Origin: Phenylobacterium sp.
Lineage (GTDB): Bacteria; Pseudomonadota; Alphaproteobacteria; Caulobacterales; Caulobacteraceae
NCBI RefSeq assembly: GCF_036963605.1
Contig: NZ_JBALUY010000002.1
Coordinates: 961-64,960, forward strand
Reading direction: 5' to 3'
DNA length: 64,000 bases
A model generated the notes under the pieces. It was given only the letters and a program-made list of their open reading frames with translations. It was not told the origin of the DNA and ran no database searches. This document shows positions 1 to 7,937 of the stretch, one piece after another. Each line of letters begins with the position of its first letter. Positions within the stretch are counted from its first letter, which is position 1. Both the position numbers and the translations under genes were made by a program.

Positions 1-66
1 AACCGGCACAACAGCGTGCTCCCGCTGCGCGGGGCGGTGCAGATCATATAGGAGGCGTAATCTGTC

Positions 67-690
67 ATGATCGATCTGCTAGAGACGCGGCGCGACGCAC
101 CGATGACCATAACCGCCACACTCGAAGACGTCCCGCCCTCACCCCTTTATGAGATGGCCACACGCCTTCGTCGCTTCATGGAGCCGGTGTGGGACGATTG
201 GCTGGCCGCCGGGCCCTGGCGCCGCGGTCCCACCCCGTCGGCCGGCGCCTGCGGTCGCACCAGCCTGTTCGTCCACGACGCCCTTCGGCGCGAAGGCTAT
301 GACGCCGTCTGGTCGAACGGCGTCCCACGTCTATCCGAGACCTCCCAGATCGGCGATTTCGGCTTCCTCGTCCACGGTCGCTGGGAGAGCCACGCCTGGG
401 TGACCTGTCAGGGCTGGATCGTCGACATCACCGCCGACCAGTTCGGCGCCCCGCCAGTGATCGTCACCCCGGCGACAGATCCCCGCTACGCCGCCAACGA
501 CCTCGACACCGCCGACCCAGACGCCATCCTCCGCCGCCAGGCGACGGCGGCGAGCCTGACGGCAGCCTGGCTCGAAACCCAACCAGGCCTGAGATTGGTC
601 CGAGACCTCTTACGGCCTCACGCCTTCCCACCGCCGAAAATCCTTGAGCTCATCGCCACCGGCGTCGTCAGAAGCCACACGGTGAACTGA
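67..690 (+). CDS. hypothetical protein with ordered Cys-His-Asp motifs (possible papain/transglutaminase-fold hydrolase)
   Basis: 207-aa ORF. GGAGG at 51-55. Residues C62 (GACGRTS), H109 (ESHAWV) and D120 (IVDITAD) are in the order typical of transglutaminase-like cysteine hydrolases. Composition looks coding. Confidence 0.5.
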   Translation: MIDLLETRRDAPMTITATLEDVPPSPLYEMATRLRRFMEPVWDDWLAAGPWRRGPTPSAGACGRTSLFVHDALRREGYDAVWSNGVPRLSETSQIGDFGFLVHGRWESHAWVTCQGWIVDITADQFGAPPVIVTPATDPRYAANDLDTADPDAILRRQATAASLTAAWLETQPGLRLVRDLLRPHAFPPPKILELIATGVVRSHTVN

Positions 691-712
691 GAATGTCACG
701 CCCCGAGCCCCG

Positions 713-999
713 TCAGCCCGACGGCCATTGCTGGGTCGCGTGAAGCACCCGCAGGATGACCACCGCGCGATCATTCTCAGCATAGACCACGATGTAGTTT
801 GGCCGGACAACCATCTCGCGCGTACCGGCGACCCGTCCTGGCCGATAGAGCTTCGGCCGCTGGCCAGCCTGGAAACCTTGACCTCAATCTCGTCTATCAG
901 CCGCTGTGCGGCGTCGGGATTGTCGTCGGATATGTAGTCCAGGATCTCAAGCAGGTCTGCGCGCGCCGCCTCGCGCCATTCAATCGACCAGGCGGTCAC
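713..999 (-). pseudogene. parE: ParE/RelE-family toxin, frameshifted
   Basis: One frame reads VTAWSIEWREAARADLLEILDYISDDNPDAAQRLIDEIEVKVSRLA. From about 860 downward a second frame reads RPKLYRPGRVAGTREMVVRPNYIVVYAENDRAVVILRVLHATQQWPSG, then TGA at 713-715. A single frameshift lies near 858-864. The GTG start overlaps the relB stop. Confidence 0.6.
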
Positions 1000-1285
1000 G
1001 GCGCTTCCGGTCGATCCGCGCCTGGGCTTCATCCATCACCTGCCGATGAGGCGCTGCTGGGCTTGTGTCAGCCAGCGCCTCCTGAACCTTGGCGCGGAAC
1101 CAAGCGTCGTGCGCTTCCGGATCGGACGTAAGTCCGGCCGGCAGTCCCCCCTCCCTGGCGATGCGGGTCAGCAGGATGCGAACAGCGTCAGAGACCGTGA
1201 GGCCGACACGGGCGAGCTTCTCCGAGGCGTCGGCCTTGAGCTGCTCGTCCACGCGCACATGGAGCATTGAGGTTTGCACGGCCAT
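980..1285 (-). CDS. relB: RelB/DinJ-family (ParD-like) antitoxin
   Basis: MAVQTSMLHVRVDEQLKADASEKLARVGLTVSDAVRILLTRIAREGGLP is a typical RelB/DinJ ribbon-helix-helix N-terminus. AGGAG lies 9 nt upstream of the ATG at 1285. It sits upstream of the ParE remnant and overlaps it. Confidence 0.75.
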   Translation of the reverse strand: MAVQTSMLHVRVDEQLKADASEKLARVGLTVSDAVRILLTRIAREGGLPAGLTSDPEAHDAWFRAKVQEALADTSPAAPHRQVMDEAQARIDRKRRDRLVD

Positions 1286-1306
1286 AGCTAGCGCTCCTAG
1301 AGACAT

Positions 1307-1330
1307 TCTCATTTTGTATCTCAAATGAGA
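1307..1330. promoter_or_regulatory. inverted repeat TCTCATTT-N8-AAATGAGA, probable relB/parE autoregulatory operator
   Basis: Perfect 8-bp arms at 1307-1314 and 1323-1330 in an AT-rich patch 22-45 nt upstream of the relB ATG. Confidence 0.45.
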
Positions 1331-1363
1331 GACGATCAAGGCCATTTAGAAGCGAGCGCCCCC

Positions 1364-1942
1364 TCAACCACGCCCACTCGCCAGCACATCCAGCGCAACG
1401 CCGAGCAGCGCCTCGATGCGGCCCACTTCCCGCTCGCTGGCCACGGCTTCCCGGGGCGTCAGTTCCTGGCCGCAGACCAGATCGCAGGCGCTCACCAGGT
1501 CGGTCTGGTCCCAGAGCCTCGCCCGCATCGCCGCCAGCCGCGCAGCCGCCTGGGCCGAGCCTTCGGCCGCCATCAGCAGCGTCTCTTCGCGAGCGCCCGG
1601 ACCCGCCGGGCCGCCGCCGCCCGGCCGCACGTCCAGGGTCGAGCGGATGGCGCCGTCCCGCGCGGCCCGGCGATAGAGGGCGCCATAGCGCTCCCCGGCG
1701 GTCTTCTGGGCCGCAGTGATCCTGCCCTTGCGCGCCAGCCAGTCCAGCCCGGCCTGCCGGCGATAGGGTCGGCCAGCCGACGACGGCCCCTCGAACGCCG
1801 CGCCGCGGGCCTCCGACAGGCCCACGGTTTCGGCCACCCCCTCGGCCACCGCCACAGCCTCCGCCCGGTCTTTGGCCCGTATCTCCAAGTTTCGCAGTCG
1901 CGCCCGGGTGCGCGCCGCCGGATCGAAAATCTGTCCCCTCAA
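1364..1942 (-). CDS. hypothetical protein (recalls the alphaproteobacterial DUF6456-type family)
   Basis: 192-aa ORF with balanced composition. Motifs GLDWLARKGRITAAQKTAGERYGALY and ACDLVCGQELTPREAVASEREVGRIEALLGVALDVLA. The TTG start overlaps the upstream stop (TTGA). The family name is from memory only. Confidence 0.5.
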   Translation of the reverse strand: MRGQIFDPAARTRARLRNLEIRAKDRAEAVAVAEGVAETVGLSEARGAAFEGPSSAGRPYRRQAGLDWLARKGRITAAQKTAGERYGALYRRAARDGAIRSTLDVRPGGGGPAGPGAREETLLMAAEGSAQAAARLAAMRARLWDQTDLVSACDLVCGQELTPREAVASEREVGRIEALLGVALDVLASGRG

Positions 1943-2136
1943 GGCCGCCCCCGCGACACCACCGCATCGGCAAGTCGATAGACCGCCTCGCTGGCCGCCC
2001 GCTCCCCTTCCAGGATCACCAGCCCAGCCGCCGTATGGGCCAGCAGCTCCTTCAGGAACTGCGCCCGGTCGCCCGGCGTCCGATGCCCCAGGGCCTGGGC
2101 GACCAGGCTGCCGGCGTCACCCGGCGCCCCGCTCAT
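1939..2136 (-). CDS. small hypothetical protein (65 aa)
   Basis: The ATG at 2136 overlaps the TGA of the upstream gene (ATGA at 2133-2136). Its own stop overlaps the next start. Supported only by translational coupling on both sides. Confidence 0.4.
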   Translation of the reverse strand: MSGAPGDAGSLVAQALGHRTPGDRAQFLKELLAHTAAGLVILEGERAASEAVYRLADAVVSRGRP

Positions 2137-2459
2137 CGCCCGGCCTCCGGCCACACCAGCGGCAGACCTACATGCACGCCGTTCCGCCCGACCCGCGTCT
2201 CGGTCAGGGCCGCAAAGCCGCCCTGCGCCATCACCTTGGCCACGTGGAGCTCGTGACGGGCGAAGCGCGGCTGGGCCTCACCCGCCCCGCGCGCCACCTG
2301 CCCGCGGAAGGCGCGCTCCAGCCGCGCCAGTTCGCGGTCCTCCAGCCGCAGCAGCGCCCGCGCCTTGCCCGGCGAGGTCCCCCCGCGGCGGAGATTGGCG
2401 TAGTCCCCCAGGCTGGTGGGGCTTCGGGCCGCGGCCCGGACAGGATGTGTCTGTTGCAT
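2133..2459 (-). CDS. hypothetical protein (108 aa), first gene of the leftward operon
   Basis: The ATG at 2457-2459 lies 7 nt from operator O1. It is the C-terminal part of the 369-aa track ORF; the rest of that ORF is antisense to the repressor gene. Sequence starts MQQTHPVRAAARSPTSLGDYANLRRGG. Confidence 0.45.
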   Translation of the reverse strand: MQQTHPVRAAARSPTSLGDYANLRRGGTSPGKARALLRLEDRELARLERAFRGQVARGAGEAQPRFARHELHVAKVMAQGGFAALTETRVGRNGVHVGLPLVWPEAGR

Positions 2460-2466
2460 GGGCAGA

Positions 2467-2483
2467 CTGTATTTTTCATACAT
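2467..2483. promoter_or_regulatory. operator O1, CTGTA-N7-TACAT
   Basis: CTGTATTTTTCATACAT in the AT-rich divergent region. One mismatch from the palindrome seen at O2 and O3. Confidence 0.5.
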
Positions 2484-2501
2484 ACATCCGGCAAGCGGAA
2501 A

Positions 2502-2518
2502 CTGTAGGCTATGTACAG
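2502..2518. promoter_or_regulatory. operator O2, CTGTA-N7-TACAG
   Basis: ACTGTAGGCTATGTACAGT, with perfect 6-bp arms including flanks, 28 nt upstream of the repressor ATG. Confidence 0.55.
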
Positions 2519-2546
2519 TTATCCAGAGTTGCGCTAGACCACGGCC

Positions 2547-3191
2547 ATGAACGAACGGTCCGACCGCCTCCGCCAGGCCCGCCTCGACGCTGGGCACGAG
2601 ACCGCCGCCGCGGCGGCCGAGGCGTTCGGCTGGAACCGCAACACCTACGCCTCCAACGAGAACGGCAACGCCCCCTTCTCCTATCGCAAGGCCAAGGAGT
2701 ACGCCGCCGCCTTCGGGGTCAGCGCCGAATGGCTCTATGACGCCGCCGGCCCCGTGCGCGCCTCGGCGCTTGCCGGCTACGTCCCGATCCTCGGCCGCGT
2801 CGGCGCCAATCCCGATGGGGTCGTTCTGTTCGCTACCGGCCAGGATGCTGGGGATCTGGCCCCCATCCCGCCTGGCGGCACGGACAAGGCCGCGGCCCTG
2901 CGGGTCGTTGGCCATTCCATGCGGGGGCTGGCCGACGACGGCGCCCTGATCTATTTCGAAGACCAACGCACCCCGCCCACGCCGGACATGCTGGGCCATG
3001 TGGTGGTGGTCGAGATCGATACCGACGAGGTGCTGGTCAAGCGTCTGCTTCGCGGCTCCCGCTCGGGTCTGTTCGATCTGGAGAGCGTGGCCGGCCCCAC
3101 CCGTCAGGACGCCCGCCTGCGCTGGGCCGCCCACATCACCGCCATCATCCCCCCCTTTCAGGCTCGGCGCATCATCCAGTCGGCCATCTGA
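2547..3191 (+). CDS. LexA/CI-type repressor: XRE-family HTH plus S24 peptidase domain
   Basis: The N-terminus RLRQARLDAGHETAAAAAEAFGWNRNTYASNENG is HTH_3-like. The C-terminus has VVGHSMRG (Ser nucleophile) and VLVKRL (Lys), the S24 autocleavage dyad. Confidence 0.85.
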   Translation: MNERSDRLRQARLDAGHETAAAAAEAFGWNRNTYASNENGNAPFSYRKAKEYAAAFGVSAEWLYDAAGPVRASALAGYVPILGRVGANPDGVVLFATGQDAGDLAPIPPGGTDKAAALRVVGHSMRGLADDGALIYFEDQRTPPTPDMLGHVVVVEIDTDEVLVKRLLRGSRSGLFDLESVAGPTRQDARLRWAAHITAIIPPFQARRIIQSAI

Positions 3192-3216
3192 AGGCGACAC
3201 TTCTGATTGCAGATAT

Positions 3217-3233
3217 CTGTATATATTATACAG
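3217..3233. promoter_or_regulatory. operator O3, CTGTA-N7-TACAG
   Basis: CTGTATATATTATACAG, a perfect palindrome 7 nt upstream of the ATG at 3241. It contains a TATTAT -10-like hexamer. Confidence 0.55.
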
Positions 3234-3240
3234 TTTTGGC

Positions 3241-3660
3241 ATGCCGCAGTCCGCGATTGACCCTGAACTCCCCGCGATCTACGCCGCCCTCGACCATGCC
3301 GATGAGCAGGTCTGGCGCCACGGCCAGGCCAACCGCGCCTGGGGCGTCGCCTGGTCGGGCCTCACGCCCGAGCCGCCCCGTCGCCGCAGCCCCGACCAGG
3401 TCCGCCACCTCTCTGAGAGCCGTCTGGCCAGCGCCAACGCCTGGGCCCAGTCCCCCGAGGGCCTCCTGAAATCGGCGCTCAGCGATCTCCAGCGCGCCGC
3501 CCGCGCCCTCGACCAGCACGCCGAGTCCCTGCGGGAAGTCGCCTCCCGCGGCCTGGCCGACCAGACCTCGCTCACCGCCCGTCGTCGGCTGTCCCTGCTG
3601 TCTCACGAGGCCTGCGCCGCCCTTTGCGCCCTGCGCGCCGTCCGTAGCGCCCTGCCTTAG
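3241..3660 (+). CDS. hypothetical protein (139 aa)
   Basis: Internal ATG of the 2998-3660 ORF, immediately after O3. The upstream part of that ORF overlaps the repressor gene out of frame. No recognisable motif. Confidence 0.45.
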   Translation: MPQSAIDPELPAIYAALDHADEQVWRHGQANRAWGVAWSGLTPEPPRRRSPDQVRHLSESRLASANAWAQSPEGLLKSALSDLQRAARALDQHAESLREVASRGLADQTSLTARRRLSLLSHEACAALCALRAVRSALP

Positions 3661-3720
3661 GCCGAGTCTATGCTGCCCCCGACGCGCCCGTCAGAGGCGC
3701 GAGATGCCTGGGAGCACGCC

Positions 3721-4554
3721 ATGGACCTGCCGACCGCCACCTTCGACGTGGAGGCGCATGCCGCACGCATGACCACCGACGGCTACACCCGCCTGGATAA
3801 CCTGCTGGATGAGGCGGCCCTGGCCCAGGTGCGCGACGCGCTGGCCCCGCACCTCGGCGGTCACCGCGGGCGCAACGCCTTCGAAGGCTTCGCCACCGAG
3901 CGGGTCTATACCCTGGTGGCCCGGGGCAAGGTGTTCGAGGACCTGACCGAAGACCCCCGCATCCTCGCCCTCCTCGATCGCTTCCTTCTGCCCGGCTATC
4001 TGCTGACCGCCAGCCAGGCCATCGCCATCCAGCCCGGCGAGGCCGCGCAAGGGGTCCACTATGACGACAGCTTCTACCGCCTGCCGCGCCCCCGCCCGCC
4101 GGTCAGCCTCAGCGTCATCGTGGCCATCGACCCCTTCACCGACCAGAACGGCGCCACCGACATCCTGCCGGGCAGTCATCTGTGGAGCGACGAGAAGGTG
4201 GCGGCCTTCAGCCAGGACCCCGACGCCGCCAGCCGCCTGGAGCCCGTGGTCATGCCGGCCGGTTCGGCCATCGTCTTCCAGGGCCATATGCTTCACCGGG
4301 GCGGCGCCAACCGCTCATCGGCTCGGCGCCTGGCCCTGACCAACCAGTATTGCCAGCCCTGGGCCCGCACCCAGGAGAACTACTTCCTCGGCGTCCCCCG
4401 CGAGCAGGTCCGCCAGATGACGCCCCGTCTCCAGGCCCTGCTGGGCTACGACATCTGGCCGCCCTTCATGGGCCATGTCACCGCCTCCCACCCGGCCAAG
4501 ACCCTGGAGGACGGCTGGGTTCCGCCCGTCCTGCGCCCGACCTCGCCCGGCTGA
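3721..4554 (+). CDS. phytanoyl-CoA dioxygenase (PhyH) family Fe(II)/2-oxoglutarate oxygenase
   Basis: HYDD (HxD) and GHMLHRGGAN (distal His/Arg) motifs. GGGAG lies 7 nt upstream of the ATG at 3721. Confidence 0.8.
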   Translation: MDLPTATFDVEAHAARMTTDGYTRLDNLLDEAALAQVRDALAPHLGGHRGRNAFEGFATERVYTLVARGKVFEDLTEDPRILALLDRFLLPGYLLTASQAIAIQPGEAAQGVHYDDSFYRLPRPRPPVSLSVIVAIDPFTDQNGATDILPGSHLWSDEKVAAFSQDPDAASRLEPVVMPAGSAIVFQGHMLHRGGANRSSARRLALTNQYCQPWARTQENYFLGVPREQVRQMTPRLQALLGYDIWPPFMGHVTASHPAKTLEDGWVPPVLRPTSPG

Positions 4555-4646
4555 TTGTCGCCGCCCGAGCTCAGCGGGGAACGACTGCTGCCACGTCGCT
4601 GTCAGCAGTCACCGGTTATGTGGTGGCCATCAACAGGAGCCCAACC

Positions 4647-5279
4647 ATGTCGGACCTCGTTTTCTACACCAACCCCATGTCGCGCGGCCGCATCATCCGT
4701 TGGATGCTCGAAGAGGTCGGCCAGCCCTATGAGACGAAGGTCCTGCGCTGGGAGACCGGAGATGCGAAGGCGGCCGACTATCTGGCCATCAATCCCATGG
4801 GGAAGGTGCCGGCCATCGTTCACGACGGGGTGGTGGTCACCGAATGCGCCGCCATCTGCGCCTACCTCGCCGACGCCTTCCCCGAGGCCGGGCTTGCGCC
4901 CCCCGCGCACAGCAAGCTCCGCGGACCCTATTATCGATGGCTGTTCTTCGGCGCCGGCCCGATCGAACAGGCCGTGGGCGCCAAGGCGGTGAGCTTCGAA
5001 CCCACGACGGAACAGAGCCGCATGCTAGGCTTCGGCCACATCGAGGACGTGCTGGGCGCCATCGAGGGCGCGGTTAAGGATCGCGCCTATCTTGTGGGCG
5101 ACGGCTTCACAGCCGCCGACCTCTATCTCGCCTCCCATTTATCCTGGGGGATGAACTTCGACACGATCGGGAAGCGCCCAGCGTTCGAAACCTATGTGGA
5201 GCGCCATCTCCAGCGCCCGGCCGCTCGACGCGCCGACGAGATCGACAATGCGCTCATTGCGGCGCAGCCGACCGCCTGA
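4647..5279 (+). CDS. glutathione S-transferase
   Basis: MSDLVFYTNPMSRGRIIRWMLEEVG...INPMGKVPAIVHDGVVVTECAAICAYL is a GST N-terminal thioredoxin-like fold. CAGGAG at 4634-4639. The longer track ORF is an out-of-gene extension. Confidence 0.88.
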   Translation: MSDLVFYTNPMSRGRIIRWMLEEVGQPYETKVLRWETGDAKAADYLAINPMGKVPAIVHDGVVVTECAAICAYLADAFPEAGLAPPAHSKLRGPYYRWLFFGAGPIEQAVGAKAVSFEPTTEQSRMLGFGHIEDVLGAIEGAVKDRAYLVGDGFTAADLYLASHLSWGMNFDTIGKRPAFETYVERHLQRPAARRADEIDNALIAAQPTA

Positions 5280-5398
5280 CCCTCGCCTTGGAGCATGTTC
5301 CGTCCGCAGGATCGGAACATGCTCCGGCTGAGCCGCTAAGGCGCGACGCCCACCCCCGACAGAGCCCACCACCGCCCTTGACCTGAGGCGCCAGGGGT

Positions 5399-5418
5399 CT
5401 ATCTAGGCGAATAGATAG
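5399..5418. promoter_or_regulatory. palindrome CTATCTA-N6-TAGATAG, probable MarR operator
   Basis: Perfect 7-bp arms in an AT-rich patch 26 nt upstream of the marR-family ATG. Confidence 0.5.
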
Positions 5419-5443
5419 TTCACTTACTTAACTAGATCGCCTC

Positions 5444-5887
5444 ATGTCGCCTGAGTCCGCCCTCGACCCCGACCAGCTCGCCGAGCTTCTGCGCCCCGCC
5501 CTCCTGCGGGTGTCGCGCCGCCTGCGGCAGGAGGCCGCCAAGGCCGGCCTCTCGGCCCTCGACGTCCTGCTGCTGGTGGAGATCAAGCGCCAGCCCGGCG
5601 TCGGCGTCTCCGACCTGGCCGACGCCGAACAGATGTCGCGGCCAGCCATGAGCACCCACATCAAGCGCCTGGAGGCCGCCGGCTGGATCAGTCGGCTGAG
5701 CCACGCCTCCGATGGTCGCCGCTCAGGCCTGACCATCACGCCGGCCGGCATGGCCGCCCTGGCTGACGCCAGGCGACGGCGCAACGATTGGCTCGCCGCC
5801 CGGCTCAGCGTGCTGGGTCCCGACGCGCGACAGGCCCTGCACGCTGCTGCCGGTCCGCTCACAGCCCTGGTCGAGGCCCAGCCATGA
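5444..5887 (+). CDS. MarR family transcriptional regulator
   Basis: Winged-helix core GVGVSDLADAEQMSRPAMSTHIKRLEAAGWISR...DGRRSGLTITPAG. The stop overlaps the next start (ATGA). Confidence 0.88.
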   Translation: MSPESALDPDQLAELLRPALLRVSRRLRQEAAKAGLSALDVLLLVEIKRQPGVGVSDLADAEQMSRPAMSTHIKRLEAAGWISRLSHASDGRRSGLTITPAGMAALADARRRRNDWLAARLSVLGPDARQALHAAAGPLTALVEAQP

Positions 5888-7347
5888 CCGAAGTCTCCGC
5901 CATCGACACCTCCGCCGACCCCGACAAGCCCGTCGTCGCCACTGCCGAGGAGCGCGCCGCAGCCCTGAGCCGCGGCTGGATCGTGCCCGCCGTCATCGGC
6001 TCGGCCCTGATGATGCAGACCTTGAACGCCACGGTGCTGTCCAACGCCCTGCCGGCCATGGCCCGCGACATGGGCGAGGATCCCCTGCGCCTGAACCTGG
6101 CCATCACCATGTACCTGCTGGCCGCGGCGGTCTTCCTGCCCATCAGCGGCTGGGCGGCCGACAAGTTCGGGGCCAAGCGGATCTTCGTCCTGGCCATGGC
6201 TCTCTACGCCCTGTCCTCGGCCCTCTGCGGATTCGCCGACTCCCTGATGGAGCTGGTCGGCGCCCGGCTTCTTCAGGGCGCCGCAGGCGCGATGATGGCG
6301 CCCGTCGGCCGCCTGGTCCTGCTGCGCACCACGCCCAAGAATGAGCTGGTCGGCGCCATGTCGGTCCTGACCATGCCGGCCCTGCTGGGTCCGGTGATCG
6401 GCCCGCCGGTGGGCGGCTTCATCGTCACCTTCTGGGACTGGCCCTGGATCTTCTTCATGAACCTGCCCATCGCCGCGGTGGGCCTGCTGCTGGTCCTGCG
6501 CTTCGTGCCCAATGTCGCCCTCCAGGACGCCAAGCGCCTGGACTGGAGGGGCATGCTGCTCACCGGCGTCGGCCTCGCCTGCGTGATTTTCGGCTTCGAG
6601 AACCTCGGCCGCGACATCCTCCCCGCCGCCGCCGTGGCCGGCCTGTTCTTCGGCGGTCTCGCCATGCTCTGGCTCTACGCCTGGCATGCCCGGCGGACCC
6701 CGCACGCCATACTGGACCTCTCCCTTTTCCGGCTGAACACCTTCCAGGCGGCCGTGATCGGCGGCGCCTTCATGCGTATCGCCATGGGGGCCACGCCCTT
6801 CATGCTGGCCATGCTGCTGCAAGTCGCCTTCGGCATGACCGCGCTTGCCGCGGGTCTGCTCACCTTCGTCGGCGCGGCCGGCGCCCTGATCATGAAGACC
6901 ACCGCCCCGCCGATCCTGCGTCGCTTCGGCTTCCGCCGGGTGCTGATCGTCAACGCGGTGATCACCGGCGGCTTCTTCCTCGCCTACGCCCTCTTCCGAC
7001 CTGACACCCCGCACTGGGTGATCATGCTGGTCCTGCTGGCCGGCGGCTTCTTCCGCTCCCTGCAGTTCACCAGCCTCAATGGCCTGGCCTATGCCGAGAT
7101 CGAGCAGGACCGCATGAGCCGCGCCTCTACCATGTCCGCCATGGCCCAACAGTTGATCCAATCGGTGGGCATCGGCCTGGCCGCCACCCTGATCCACGCC
7201 TTCACCCAGATGGCCGGCGAGGACCAGATGACCGCGGCCACCATCTCGCCGGCCTTCCTGGTGATCGGCGCCATCACCTTCATTTCCCTGATCTTCTATG
7301 TCCGGCTGCCCCAGGATGCCGGCGACGAGATGAACAGCCGAAGCTGA
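5884..7347 (+). CDS. MFS transporter, DHA2/EmrB-like (drug/H+ antiporter)
   Basis: Multi-TM protein with LPISGWAADKFGAKRIF (MFS motif A-like). Coupled to marR by ATGA at 5884-5887. Confidence 0.88.
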   Translation: MTEVSAIDTSADPDKPVVATAEERAAALSRGWIVPAVIGSALMMQTLNATVLSNALPAMARDMGEDPLRLNLAITMYLLAAAVFLPISGWAADKFGAKRIFVLAMALYALSSALCGFADSLMELVGARLLQGAAGAMMAPVGRLVLLRTTPKNELVGAMSVLTMPALLGPVIGPPVGGFIVTFWDWPWIFFMNLPIAAVGLLLVLRFVPNVALQDAKRLDWRGMLLTGVGLACVIFGFENLGRDILPAAAVAGLFFGGLAMLWLYAWHARRTPHAILDLSLFRLNTFQAAVIGGAFMRIAMGATPFMLAMLLQVAFGMTALAAGLLTFVGAAGALIMKTTAPPILRRFGFRRVLIVNAVITGGFFLAYALFRPDTPHWVIMLVLLAGGFFRSLQFTSLNGLAYAEIEQDRMSRASTMSAMAQQLIQSVGIGLAATLIHAFTQMAGEDQMTAATISPAFLVIGAITFISLIFYVRLPQDAGDEMNSRS

Positions 7348-7405
7348 CGGCGAGCCTTGACGCCGCCCTTCCCCTGCCCCCTATGGCGGGGGAAGGAGCC
7401 TCCCC

Positions 7406-7924
7406 ATGAAATCCGCCTTTGGGACCGCCGCCATCGCGGCCCTGGCGCTTTGCGCCTGCTCGCCTGCCAAAGAGCCCGCCGCCGCGCCGCCCACGCCCGC
7501 CGAGGCCCCGCCGCCGGCCCAGGTCACCCAGCCGGGCATCTCCTGGGGAACCGCATCCAATGGCGAAGGCATAGCCCTCCTCCTCAGCGACGCCGCCGGC
7601 GCGCCTATCCTGCGCCTGGGCTGCATCCGCAATCCTGCTGTCATGACCCTGGCCATCGAAGGCTTCACCCCGATCGGCAGCGAAGAACGCCTGACCGTCG
7701 GGCTGGACGACACCCTGTTCGTGTTCGTGGCCGACCCCACCGCCTCAGGCCCTGGCGTGCAGGCAGAGGCCGACATCTCGACAGACTTCCTCGATCGCCT
7801 CGAAGACGCCAAGGCGATCCGCGCGGTCTACGGAAACCAGGAGCTCGGACCGCACATGCCGCCGCCGGCCGGCATCGCCGCAGGCTTCGCCGCCGAGTGC
7901 CGCCGGGCGGTCAGCGTCTCCTAA
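7406..7924 (+). CDS. putative lipoprotein
   Basis: Signal peptide with lipobox AALALCAC-S. GGAAGGAG upstream. No other motif. Confidence 0.55.
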   Translation: MKSAFGTAAIAALALCACSPAKEPAAAPPTPAEAPPPAQVTQPGISWGTASNGEGIALLLSDAAGAPILRLGCIRNPAVMTLAIEGFTPIGSEERLTVGLDDTLFVFVADPTASGPGVQAEADISTDFLDRLEDAKAIRAVYGNQELGPHMPPPAGIAAGFAAECRRAVSVS

Positions 7925-7937
7925 ACCAGGGCCAGCC

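Noticed and set aside
1188-1973. 261-aa minus-strand ORF overlapping the 192-aa gene in another frame
   Set aside because: Gly/Arg/Pro-dominated low-complexity translation. The 1364-1942 frame has balanced composition and is translationally coupled to its neighbours.
2467-3233. Interpretation of the CTGT...ACAG palindromes as host LexA SOS boxes
   Set aside because: The published alphaproteobacterial LexA motif is a GTTC-N7-GTTC direct repeat, and the spacing here is N9 between CTGT and ACAG. The sites cluster only around the local S24 repressor gene, so I treat them as its own operators. A genome-wide motif scan is needed.
2460-3242. N-terminal 260 residues of the 369-aa minus-strand ORF 2133-3242
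   Set aside because: This part runs antisense through the S24 repressor gene and across the AT-rich operator region. Only the last 108 codons, from the ATG at 2459, are retained as a gene.
4182-4646. Long N-terminal extensions of track ORFs (4182-5279, 24456-25862, 53844-55022, 48576-49358, 59262-60566, 60491-61570)
   Set aside because: The extensions overlap neighbouring genes or are Pro/Arg/Gly-rich. Internal ATGs with Shine-Dalgarno-like sequences give proteins that start where the family homology starts.
5428-7197. 589-aa minus-strand ORF
   Set aside because: Antisense to the MarR and MFS genes. Composition is dominated by G/R/H/Q/D/E runs with no motifs, a typical shadow frame of GC-rich coding DNA.
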